Positions 54,816-62,971 of a stretch of DNA of 64,000 bases are shown one piece after another (position 1 is the stretch's first letter; the number at the start of each line of letters is the position of its first letter). The translations under genes were made by a program, and so were the position numbers. Below the pieces are notes generated by a model. That model saw nothing but the letters and a program-made list of their open reading frames with translations. It was not told the DNA's origin and searched no databases. This DNA comes from a virus (taxonomy: Duplodnaviria; Caudoviricetes), in the IMG/VR virus record IMGVR_UViG_3300017722_005389; one strand, given 5' to 3'.

Positions 54816-55244
54816 TTATTCTTCAGGTATTAAATTATCAAATTTGTCATATAGTGCCTCTATTTTTCCATATTGGGTTTCAAGTTCAGCATATTCTTTT
54901 TCTAATCTTTGAGAAACAAGTTTAAGAGGATAATATTTATTAAATTCGTTTAATGAGAAAATAACAGTTTCAGAATTAGCTTTTATAATATATTTAAACT
55001 GATCACCGTTTGCATTCATTTGAAGTTGACCATAATTTAGTAATTTATAGCTTATAACGAATTGTCTTAAGTTCTCTGGTAATTTGGATAAAGTTTCTTT
55101 TGTTACATTAACATAATAATCATTTAATTTTTTTTGTGGGTTATTTTCTTCATATCCAAAAGGTACAGCCGATTGTTGTTCAGAAATAATTTTTCTAACC
55201 AATTTGGTTAAATCCCTTTCATTAAGTCTTACGATTTTCTTCAT
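54816..55244 (-). CDS. Leader-bearing putative internal head protein
   Basis: MKKIVRLNERDLTKLVRKIISEQ; late motif at 55255-55262. Confidence 0.6.
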   Translation of the reverse strand: MKKIVRLNERDLTKLVRKIISEQQSAVPFGYEENNPQKKLNDYYVNVTKETLSKLPENLRQFVISYKLLNYGQLQMNANGDQFKYIIKANSETVIFSLNEFNKYYPLKLVSQRLEKEYAELETQYGKIEALYDKFDNLIPEE

Positions 55245-55304
55245 TTTTTTTTAATATAAATAGAATACTTTTAAAAATTTTTAAACAATTTAAAAAGAAA
55301 TAAT

Positions 55305-55544
55305 ATGACAGCAGATAGAATTAAAGAAATACAAATGGCATCTGCCTACCCTAACAGTCAAAGTGTTCAACAAGCACTATTACAAGTATGGAATGAATGT
55401 ATACAAGAAAGAATGTATAGTGAGGAAGATTTAAAAAAAGCAATAGATTTAGCAAGAGTATTCAGTAAAATTACTGAAAATGATGGGTATGACGAGTTCG
55501 AGTATACTCCTATTGAAATTATTCAACAATTTAAAAACAAATAA
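55305..55544 (+). CDS. Modular small protein (MTA.../YSEED family)
   Basis: MTADRIKEIQ...ALLQVWNEC-QERMYSEEDLKKA...IIQQFKNK. Confidence 0.6.
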   Translation: MTADRIKEIQMASAYPNSQSVQQALLQVWNECIQERMYSEEDLKKAIDLARVFSKITENDGYDEFEYTPIEIIQQFKNK

Positions 55545-55545
55545 T

Positions 55546-55839
55546 ATGACAGCAGTAGAATTTTTAAAACAGAATCTTCCATCACTTTTTTTAGAAGATT
55601 CTGGGCATTATGCGAAATTATTTAAACAGGCTTTTGAACTTGAAAATCAGCAATTGGATCAAGCTGAACAGGATGGTTATAGACAGGCTTTAATTACCAT
55701 AGTCAATAAAATAGCTAATTTAGATGGAGAAGAGTTTCTTCAGAGTAAGGATATTTGGAATCATCCTGTTATAGAAAATCGGGTGGGAGAAGTCTTTGAT
55801 GTTGCAGAATTATTAAATCAATTTGTTAAACAACTATAA
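55546..55839 (+). CDS. TAVE-family small protein
   Basis: MTAVEFLKQ...FKQAFELENQQ. Confidence 0.6.
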   Translation: MTAVEFLKQNLPSLFLEDSGHYAKLFKQAFELENQQLDQAEQDGYRQALITIVNKIANLDGEEFLQSKDIWNHPVIENRVGEVFDVAELLNQFVKQL

Positions 55840-55848
55840 AATATTATT

Positions 55849-56070
55849 ATGACAGCAGTAGAATGGTTAGTAAATGAATTAAAAGATAATGGAATACCAT
55901 ATCTTGATTTAGCTTATGAAATAATTGAACAAGCCCTCGAAATGGAAAAGCAGCAAGCTGAAAGAAGTTACAGCAAAGAAGAAGTTGATGACTTGTTAGA
56001 TAGATTACTTGAAGGTAATATGTGTTCTGTTGTAGGAGAGGAATTAATCGAAAAATTTCAAAAGAAATAA
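55849..56070 (+). CDS. TAVE-family small protein
   Basis: MTAVEWLVNE...IIEQALEMEKQQAERSYSKEEV...IEKFQKK. Confidence 0.6.
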   Translation: MTAVEWLVNELKDNGIPYLDLAYEIIEQALEMEKQQAERSYSKEEVDDLLDRLLEGNMCSVVGEELIEKFQKK

Positions 56071-56100
56071 TACTTCCTCAAAAGAAAATATTAATTTTTC

Positions 56101-56132
56101 TTTGGAAATGTCATTTTTGTTTCTTATATTTG
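56101..56132 (+). promoter_or_regulatory. Bacteroidetes housekeeping-sigma promoter
   Basis: TTTG (56101-04) - 20 nt - TATATTTG (56125-32). Confidence 0.65.
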
Positions 56133-56167
56133 TGGTACAATTAAAAATAATTAAAAATTGTGAACTT

Positions 56168-56419
56168 ATGGGTAAATATGAAACAATGAAACTAAATGAA
56201 TTTGGTAAAAAAGTTTGGAAGCATAAAACCAACAAAAGATTATTCTTAGAACAATCATATTCTTGGAAAGAACGATTGGTTTTGATAGAGGAATATGAGG
56301 ATAAAAGAAATGTTGTAATGGCATTTGAACTTAATAGTTTTGACTTTTCAGCATGGACACCAATGTCTAAAGAAGAATATGATTCAGTCAAATCTTCTTA
56401 CAAAGAAATTTATAATTAA
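56168..56419 (+). CDS. Early hypothetical protein
   Basis: ATG downstream of the promoter; the track's start lies inside the promoter. Confidence 0.55.
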   Translation: MGKYETMKLNEFGKKVWKHKTNKRLFLEQSYSWKERLVLIEEYEDKRNVVMAFELNSFDFSAWTPMSKEEYDSVKSSYKEIYN

Positions 56420-56438
56420 AATAACAATTATCACTATT

Positions 56439-56678
56439 ATGAAATTTAGAATAATCAAGAAAAGGTTTTATAGAGTAGAAGGAAGCTTTGAAGCATATTA
56501 CATTCAAGTTGAAAAGAAGCGATTTTTGCGCAAACCAAAATTTGTGTATCCTAACATAGAGGGTATAAATGATGGGCAAATAAGGACAATTGAGCAACTA
56601 AAGAACGCTTTAATGTATTTGATTGTAGATAGTGAAACAATAGAAGATAGAATTATTGATGACATAAATGACCTATAA
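56439..56678 (+). CDS. Hypothetical phage protein
   Basis: MKFRIIKKR...YYIQVEKK. Confidence 0.55.
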   Translation: MKFRIIKKRFYRVEGSFEAYYIQVEKKRFLRKPKFVYPNIEGINDGQIRTIEQLKNALMYLIVDSETIEDRIIDDINDL

Positions 56679-56865
56679 TATGACAGTGCAAGAAATGATT
56701 AGATTATTGTCAGAGTTTCCTCTTGATGCAAATGTTGAAATAACATTGCACACCGAAGACGATTCAGAAATATTTGGTTTTAGAGATGAACACTTAGAGA
56801 TTGATGGGTTAAATGATTGGTTTGATGATGAAAATACTGTACGTTTTGATGTTTGGAAAAAATAA
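56668..56865 (+). CDS. Hypothetical phage protein
   Basis: MTVQEMIRLLSEFPLDANV. Confidence 0.55.
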   Translation: MTYNMTVQEMIRLLSEFPLDANVEITLHTEDDSEIFGFRDEHLEIDGLNDWFDDENTVRFDVWKK

Positions 56866-56895
56866 AATATTATTAAAATAAAATATTATTAAAAT

Positions 56896-57090
56896 ATGGC
56901 ACGTAAAAAAATTTCAAAAAAGAATTTCAAGGAAGTAATGTCCTCTATCATAGAGATGTTTGAAAGCGGTTCTAAAGAAGAGCAAAGTATATGGGTTAGC
57001 TGTATGAATAATTTGCTTGACGATATGAGAGATGATGATTTCTTTGGTACTGAAGGACAAACAGACCCAAGAGGGGATAATAGAGATTAA
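56896..57090 (+). CDS. Hypothetical phage protein
   Basis: LLDDMRDDDFFGTEGQTDPRGD. Confidence 0.6.
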   Translation: MARKKISKKNFKEVMSSIIEMFESGSKEEQSIWVSCMNNLLDDMRDDDFFGTEGQTDPRGDNRD

Positions 57091-57171
57091 GGTAAAAAGT
57101 CCTGTAGGCAAATTTTAAAAGAAAAAGAAGGGCGGTTTTTTTTAATTTGAATATTTATATATAAAAAAACA

Positions 57172-57735
57172 ATGAAAGATTTGAAACAATTTATTAAAAC
57201 AACTATACGAGAGTTTTTGAATGAGCAAAGCTATAATCAAAAATATTATAGAGCAATACCTAATTATGAGGGTGTTGATGTTGTTTTTAAACCTAAAGGA
57301 TATTATGAAGCATTTGATGATGATGGAAACCCTATTTTCCACACTGGAGATCTTATGTTAAAAAGTGATAAACCAGAAATATCAGCATCAAAAAATGTAG
57401 GTGGTGCTGTTTTGGGTGCGTGGAGTATGTTTAGAACCAAAGGGACAAAAGAAAAGGTTGTTTATATTTATGAAATTCAAGATAAGCCGTATAAAGACCT
57501 GTCTAATGTTAGAATTGATGATTTTGAATATCTTAAAGAAGTTAGATATAATGTTTCAGTGAAAGGTATATATGTTGGTAAATTCATATACGATAAAAAT
57601 TTTAATGATAGTGCCGAAAATTTTTATAATAGATTTAGTGATGACTATTTAGACGTTGAAAATGTTGATATTGATAAATGGGATGAGTTTGTTAATTATA
57701 TTCTAACAATGAATGACACTCAACTAAAAAAATAA
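57172..57735 (+). CDS. Leader-bearing putative ART-fold protein
   Basis: MKDLKQFIKTTIREFLNEQ leader, TATTTATA at 57152-57159; YYRA...ISAS...YIYEI...KEVRY. Confidence 0.45.
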   Translation: MKDLKQFIKTTIREFLNEQSYNQKYYRAIPNYEGVDVVFKPKGYYEAFDDDGNPIFHTGDLMLKSDKPEISASKNVGGAVLGAWSMFRTKGTKEKVVYIYEIQDKPYKDLSNVRIDDFEYLKEVRYNVSVKGIYVGKFIYDKNFNDSAENFYNRFSDDYLDVENVDIDKWDEFVNYILTMNDTQLKK

Positions 57736-57953
57736 GTGCGGGGATTTTTCTTACAATTCTCTAACGAAAAAATTAAATCGTTCAATAGAAGACGATGAAA
57801 TTCATATAGACTGTTATAATATTCAAGCGGAAATGGATGAAATAAAAATGGCTATTGTTACATTAGCATTTTGTTCTTTAGAAGGTTCATTTTCTTCACT
57901 TGATGATGAAACTCATTTTGAAACTTTTAATTATTCTGAAGAAGATTAAACCT

Positions 57954-58502
57954 ATGACATATAAAATAATTTCAACAGAAAATTATCTGCTTATTGTAGA
58001 TGATTCAGAGATTAAAATAGGAGATATTGTATTAGAACAATATGTTGATGGTACAATAGGATTAGAACAGATTGATACTTTGAATGACATTCATTCTTTA
58101 TTGCATAAAAAAGTAATAGCTCATTTACCTTTAAATGGAGCTTCCATTCTCGATGGTGTAGATTTATTGCCTACTCTTGAAGATGAGGCAGAAGTGATGG
58201 CTGAAGAGTATTCTAAAAACTATTATTATGATAATGCACAAGATGATGTTTATCATGGATTTTTCCAAGGCTATAACAAAGCCAAAGAGCAATTCCGTTA
58301 TACAGAGGAAGATATGAAAGAAGCCTTTAAAGCAGGGCAATTAGATAAAGGTAATAATTGGTATGGAGGAGATTTTAATGAATTTATCCAATCCCACCAA
58401 CAACTAAAGATGCCTATTGGATTTGAGTTTGAAGTTAAAGATACATACATCAAAAACGGAATTTTAGTTAAAACTCAATGGGTAGGAAAATATATTTACT
58501 AA
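57954..58502 (+). CDS. Modular hypothetical protein
   Basis: MTYKIISTENYLLIVDDSEIK...KVIAHLPL...RYTEEDMKEAF module shared with the ORFs at 55305 and 55849. Confidence 0.6.
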   Translation: MTYKIISTENYLLIVDDSEIKIGDIVLEQYVDGTIGLEQIDTLNDIHSLLHKKVIAHLPLNGASILDGVDLLPTLEDEAEVMAEEYSKNYYYDNAQDDVYHGFFQGYNKAKEQFRYTEEDMKEAFKAGQLDKGNNWYGGDFNEFIQSHQQLKMPIGFEFEVKDTYIKNGILVKTQWVGKYIY

Positions 58503-58520
58503 TTTTTAAAAAAATCAATT

Positions 58521-58709
58521 ATGACAATTCAAGAAACGTTAAAAAAGCTGATAACAGCAGAAAATTATGCAGAAGTAAGAGTGACTATTTCTGATGATTT
58601 TATTTCTTTTGTGAAAGATATGCTTCCTAGTGATTATGATTATATTTCTGAAAAAGAAGAAGGCTATCAACTACTATTACAATTTTTAAAAGATGTAAAA
58701 ACATTTTAA
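58521..58709 (+). CDS. Hypothetical phage protein
   Basis: 62-aa ORF. Confidence 0.5.
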   Translation: MTIQETLKKLITAENYAEVRVTISDDFISFVKDMLPSDYDYISEKEEGYQLLLQFLKDVKTF

Positions 58710-58710
58710 A

Positions 58711-58926
58711 ATGGTAAAAACTATTATTGGTTTTATTTTATTGATTGCAGTAATGTTTTTCATTGCAAAATCTTGTGAACCATCAGACCCTTATGAACAA
58801 GGAATGCATTGGGATTATAGCATAGAATGTGAAAATGGCTTTGTTTACAAAGTAAAAAACAGGGCTGCCATGCAAATATTTAACAGCGATGGAACACCTT
58901 TAAGATGTGGGCATAAAATTTATTAA
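58711..58926 (+). CDS. Small membrane/lipoprotein
   Basis: TM/lipobox-like IAKSC; CENGFVYK...PLRC. Confidence 0.55.
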   Translation: MVKTIIGFILLIAVMFFIAKSCEPSDPYEQGMHWDYSIECENGFVYKVKNRAAMQIFNSDGTPLRCGHKIY

Positions 58927-59004
58927 TTTCAAAATACACTGTGATGAAAATCCTAGCAAATATCTCAACGCATGAGAACAGATAAAAAATAAATAAACAA
59001 ATCA

Positions 59005-59262
59005 ATGTTAAAAAATAAACAAGATTTTAAAAAAATCAAATATTGTTTAATGGTAACAAAACCAACAGAAAAGGAACAAAATCAAAAAATTTTATATCTG
59101 GTAGGATATGTTCATAAACCTACAATAGAAGATATTTCAATTCTTAAGGAGGAATTTATGATGGATGAAGCATATGGATTCTGTGATATTTTAGATCAAT
59201 TACAAATAACTCTGGCACCAAAAAATATTGTCGAGAAATTTATAAACCACATGCAAAAATAA
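59005..59262 (+). CDS. Hypothetical phage protein
   Basis: 85-aa ORF. Confidence 0.55.
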   Translation: MLKNKQDFKKIKYCLMVTKPTEKEQNQKILYLVGYVHKPTIEDISILKEEFMMDEAYGFCDILDQLQITLAPKNIVEKFINHMQK

Positions 59263-59273
59263 TAAATAGTATA

Positions 59274-59705
59274 ATGGAACTAATAACAACTTATATTTGT
59301 AAATTATCTGATACTGGTGTTCACGATAATATATTTGGCGGAACAATACTCGGATTGATAGATCAAAGTGCTGGAGCTTATGCTGCTCAGATATGTGATA
59401 CACCAAGAATGGTAACAGTCAAAATTGATGAATTGGTTTTTAAGAATCCTGTTAAAGCTGGAACCATCATCAAAATATACGGCAAAGTTTTAGAATTTGG
59501 AAATACATCAGTAACACTTTATATCGAAGTTAGAAAACATAATGTTTATACAGGTAAACAAGAGGTTGTGGTTTCAACTAATATCAAGTTTGTAAGGATT
59601 GATGAAGAAGGCTATTCAATTCCTATATCTGAACGAGTAAAAACCAGGTATAGTGAAAGAATCGAAAAATATGGTAAAGGATTATTAAACCCTGATGAAA
59701 GATAA
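59274..59705 (+). CDS. Acyl-CoA thioesterase (hotdog fold)
   Basis: HDNIFGGTILGLIDQSAG...VTVKIDELVFKNPV...GNTSVT...FVRIDEEG. Confidence 0.85.
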   Translation: MELITTYICKLSDTGVHDNIFGGTILGLIDQSAGAYAAQICDTPRMVTVKIDELVFKNPVKAGTIIKIYGKVLEFGNTSVTLYIEVRKHNVYTGKQEVVVSTNIKFVRIDEEGYSIPISERVKTRYSERIEKYGKGLLNPDER

Positions 59706-59711
59706 ATTAAT

Positions 59712-60206
59712 ATGGAAGATTTTAATTCATTAAATGAGAAACAATTGGAATCCCTCGAAAGGGGACTCTCCGATTTAAAAAATAATAGAGTTATGACAAA
59801 TGATGAATTTTGGAAGGAATTGTTATCAAAAAAAGAACAACAAGAATTATTGGATGAGGTTTATGAGAATTATAAAAAAGAAATTCTTCGCCAAAGACAA
59901 CTGCAAAAAGAAGGAGTTAATAGGTTAAGAAGTCAAGGTAAACGATTAAAGGTTTCTTTGATTGAGTTATTAACAAAAGAAGAGTTCCTCCATAAATGTC
60001 AAACCGATAAAGACTTCTCTGAAAAGTGGGGACTAACCATTGAAGAACGAGAGTTGAGCTTGGAAGAGAGAGCAACAATTTGGAATAATACACATAATCC
60101 AGCAGGTAACATCTTCACACATAACCAATATGACGAGAATAATATACCTAAACGAGCAATCTCATTAAGATACAACCATAAAACAATAACGAGTTATGAA
60201 TATTAA
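59712..60206 (+). CDS. Modular hypothetical protein
   Basis: Antitoxin-like N-terminal segment (LERGLSDLKNNRV) fused to a DFSEKWGLTIEERELSLEER module. Confidence 0.55.
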   Translation: MEDFNSLNEKQLESLERGLSDLKNNRVMTNDEFWKELLSKKEQQELLDEVYENYKKEILRQRQLQKEGVNRLRSQGKRLKVSLIELLTKEEFLHKCQTDKDFSEKWGLTIEERELSLEERATIWNNTHNPAGNIFTHNQYDENNIPKRAISLRYNHKTITSYEY

Positions 60207-60402
60207 CATTGATGAAAATGATTTACTCAAACACTTAACATTTTGGCATAATAAAACCGATGATGAGTGCATTGAGTTGGCAACCAATGAATTTGGATTA
60301 GATGCTGAAGAAGCATTAATGAATATGCTTGAGAGGGATTTCTGTACCGAAGTAAACAATAATATCATTGAAGATTTAAAAAAATTGATTAACGATTATT
60401 AA
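60196..60402 (+). CDS. Hypothetical phage protein
   Basis: 68 aa, overlapping start. Confidence 0.5.
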   Translation: MNINIDENDLLKHLTFWHNKTDDECIELATNEFGLDAEEALMNMLERDFCTEVNNNIIEDLKKLINDY

Positions 60403-60424
60403 TAAAAGAGATATTATAGAATCA

Positions 60425-60601
60425 ATGTTGAATATGGAAGACCCAATTACCAAACAACATTGGATGAGTTGGGATAAAGGTGATTGCTCAGAAATAGGAT
60501 TGTGTGAGATATTATTAGCACAACTTATTAGAGAACATAAAGAAGCAAATGGACTATATTATGATACAGACTACGATAAAATAACATTAAGATATGAATA
60601 A
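60425..60601 (+). CDS. Small hypothetical protein (58 aa, missed by track)
   Basis: MLNMEDPITKQHWMSWDKGDCSEIGLCEILLAQLIREHKEANGLYYDTDYDKITLRYE*. Confidence 0.45.
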   Translation: MLNMEDPITKQHWMSWDKGDCSEIGLCEILLAQLIREHKEANGLYYDTDYDKITLRYE

Positions 60602-60661
60602 AGAATTATAAAGAATTAAATACAAAAAATGAACCATGAATAAAAAACAACAAAATAATAT

Positions 60662-61207
60662 TTGTTAAAACTGATGATAAAGAAACATAAATTTGTTGTA
60701 AAAAAAATTCCTTTAGAAAACTTATCAGAATATCAGATTGAACAGTGCAAACTTTTTTCTGAATATAGTTTTTCAACTTCCATCACAAAATATTCCGAAA
60801 GAAATCAAAGTGATATCGAAAAAATAAAAAGTGATATCTTTCTTGGGAAAACTGCAGAGTTCATGGTTTATAACTATCTGAACAAAAATGATAAAAATCC
60901 TACAAGCCCAGACCTGAATATATATTCAGCCAAAAAAAAATCATTTGATGCGGATATATTTGTAAAAAATACAAAAATCCACGTAAAAAGTCATAAGATC
61001 AATAAATACTTCCCAGTATCCTGGATTTTTCAAAAGTCAGACCCTCTAATAATTCATAAAGATTCAAATAATTATTTAGCTTTAGTAGTACTGGATGATA
61101 TAAATTACATGTATATCTTAAATATAATGGATGCCATTTTCGAAGAACCTTTAAAGGAATCTCTAAAGAATAATAAGATTTGTATTTATGAAAAAAACTT
61201 AACCTAA
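60662..61207 (+). CDS. Putative PD-(D/E)XK-fold nuclease
   Basis: GKTAEFMV...PDL...FDADI...IHVKS pattern. Confidence 0.5.
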   Translation: MLKLMIKKHKFVVKKIPLENLSEYQIEQCKLFSEYSFSTSITKYSERNQSDIEKIKSDIFLGKTAEFMVYNYLNKNDKNPTSPDLNIYSAKKKSFDADIFVKNTKIHVKSHKINKYFPVSWIFQKSDPLIIHKDSNNYLALVVLDDINYMYILNIMDAIFEEPLKESLKNNKICIYEKNLT

Positions 61208-61247
61208 AGAAACCAAATCATCCTTCTTTTGATATTTATAATAAAAA

Positions 61248-62216
61248 ATGCTAACACTTTTTGAAACATATAAGTTAATTTTAGAATCTAAACTTCTTTC
61301 GGAAGAGGTAAATTACTTCAAAGATAAGACAAATGTACACGATTATGACAAAGTTTTCAACAAGCAAAACGATCAACTTCCAAAGGAATACAAAAACTGG
61401 GAAGCAGAAATCGATTATATGACAATGGAAGAATATTTTCAAGAATGTGCAGAATTTCAAAATTCAACATTTGAACAACAAATAAACCTTCTATGGCAAC
61501 CAAAAGTGGATAATATTGCAACAAAAATGAAAGAAGGAGTGAAATATGATATGCCTTATCTTGATTATGTTAACGATAGACAAGAAGGCAGACATCGTGT
61601 AGCAGCTGCAACAGAATTAGGTCAAAAAAAAATACCTGTGTTAATACTTTATAAATCCCAAAAAACAATCAGACAAGAATCAACAGATTTAATAAATATG
61701 TTAGGCAAATGGGATGACTTGGTAACAAAGCATGGAAGCTATTATTGCGTTTTTCAGGGAACCGATTGGGAAGCACGTATCGAATTACTCAGACATGCTG
61801 TAGAATATTTAGACGGCTATTATTTAGATCATCTACTCGATATCAAAATTGGAACTTATAATTATAAAAGCATAGAAGAATATTTAAAATACGAAAAAAA
61901 TTATGATTATGGATACATTAATCATCGTGGTAGATACAAAAATTTTAATGAATTCTTAAAAGCCTTTGCTATTATGAAAAATAATCAAGATATGATTGAT
62001 GATGTAGTTATAGTAGAAAGTGATAGGCTTCTTTTGAAAATTTTAGATGATATTAACACAGATTTTACATCCTATTCAAGCTGTAAAGAAATGTTGAAAG
62101 GTGTTCGTAATAAGAAATACTATGTAAAAGCATACTCGCTCCAAGATGAATACACAGATCCAGAAATGTATTCAAAATACACCAAAGAAGCCCGAAAACT
62201 GTTCAATGAAGCATAA
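61248..62216 (+). CDS. Leader-bearing protein with ParB/Srx-like domain
   Basis: TATTTATA at 61233-61240; KLILE/KLLSEE leader; MPYLDY...QEGRHRVAAATELGQKKIPV. Confidence 0.55.
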   Translation: MLTLFETYKLILESKLLSEEVNYFKDKTNVHDYDKVFNKQNDQLPKEYKNWEAEIDYMTMEEYFQECAEFQNSTFEQQINLLWQPKVDNIATKMKEGVKYDMPYLDYVNDRQEGRHRVAAATELGQKKIPVLILYKSQKTIRQESTDLINMLGKWDDLVTKHGSYYCVFQGTDWEARIELLRHAVEYLDGYYLDHLLDIKIGTYNYKSIEEYLKYEKNYDYGYINHRGRYKNFNEFLKAFAIMKNNQDMIDDVVIVESDRLLLKILDDINTDFTSYSSCKEMLKGVRNKKYYVKAYSLQDEYTDPEMYSKYTKEARKLFNEA

Positions 62217-62268
62217 AATGAAACTAATCCCCCAAAGGAAGCTATCGTTTCATTTTTAATAAATTATA

Positions 62269-62853
62269 ATGAGAAAGAAAAAAGTAATAGAAAACAAAGA
62301 AGCATTGAAAGCAATGTTTTATTCTGATGATACTACACAGGAACTTGCGGTGATTCTTTTGAAGCAGTATACTGATAAGGAGACTTACAGTTTTCTTAAG
62401 GAGATGTTATCTGAGGTTTCTATGGAAAAACCTGTAAGTTGGATCTGGTTAGGAATGATGTATGAATTTCCAAACAGGTTCAAGGTGAGGTTCAATTTAA
62501 GTAAAGGAAAGAACTACAAGAAGTGGAAGATTGAAGAGTTGGATGGAACTGTTGAATATGTTGACCCAAAGAAATATGCTTTTTTTCTTTCGGGTTGCAA
62601 GGTCAGAAATCAAAAGAAAACTGCTGAAAGAATTTATTCGGGTGAACCAAAATCTGTATGTGCCTGGATTGAAGCCACTGGAATGTATAAAATTGAAATT
62701 TCAGATAATCCATATTTTTCTCTAGAAAACACAAAGGAGATCCATTATAATCCCAAAAAGACACCTCATTGGGTTTTGGATGATAAAAATGTAGATGGTG
62801 AGTATTTCAGCAATTTGGTATTACATCAAGAGAAAGTTTATAAACTTCTTTAG
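62269..62853 (+). CDS. Conserved hypothetical phage protein
   Basis: KVRFNLSKGKNYKKWKI...KSVCAWIE...YNPKKTPHW. Confidence 0.6.
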   Translation: MRKKKVIENKEALKAMFYSDDTTQELAVILLKQYTDKETYSFLKEMLSEVSMEKPVSWIWLGMMYEFPNRFKVRFNLSKGKNYKKWKIEELDGTVEYVDPKKYAFFLSGCKVRNQKKTAERIYSGEPKSVCAWIEATGMYKIEISDNPYFSLENTKEIHYNPKKTPHWVLDDKNVDGEYFSNLVLHQEKVYKLL

Positions 62854-62914
62854 AAGGGATAAATAAAAATACTGCCATACAAAACTAATAAATGTTAATT
62901 CATTTGAAATTTAT

Positions 62915-62946
62915 AAGACTTCTAAAGAAATTTAGAGGTCTTTTTC
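62915..62946 (+). terminator. Intrinsic terminator
   Basis: AAGACTTCTAAA-GAAA-TTTAGAGGTCTT plus T tail. Confidence 0.7.
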
Positions 62947-62971
62947 ATTTGATAATATTTATTATAAAAAC

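Larger units (their letters stand above)
3453..61240. promoter_or_regulatory. Recurrent TATTTATA late-promoter-like motif (about 19 copies, always on the sense strand, mostly 3-30 nt upstream of the ATG)
   Basis: Plus strand: 3453, 5153, 5609, 15147, 36548, 37342, 40990, 46958, 52529, 52981, 57152, 61233. Minus strand (seen as TATAAATA): 19431, 29509, 31892, 38350, 43884, 52105, 55255. Confidence 0.7.

Noticed and set aside
2418-62725. Numerous short antisense or alternate-frame ORFs in the track (e.g. 2418, 3442, 4499, 10246, 15254, 33590, 34383, 43414, 56044)
   Set aside because: They lie wholly within better-supported genes, lack promoters or leaders, and have the composition of AT-rich shadows.
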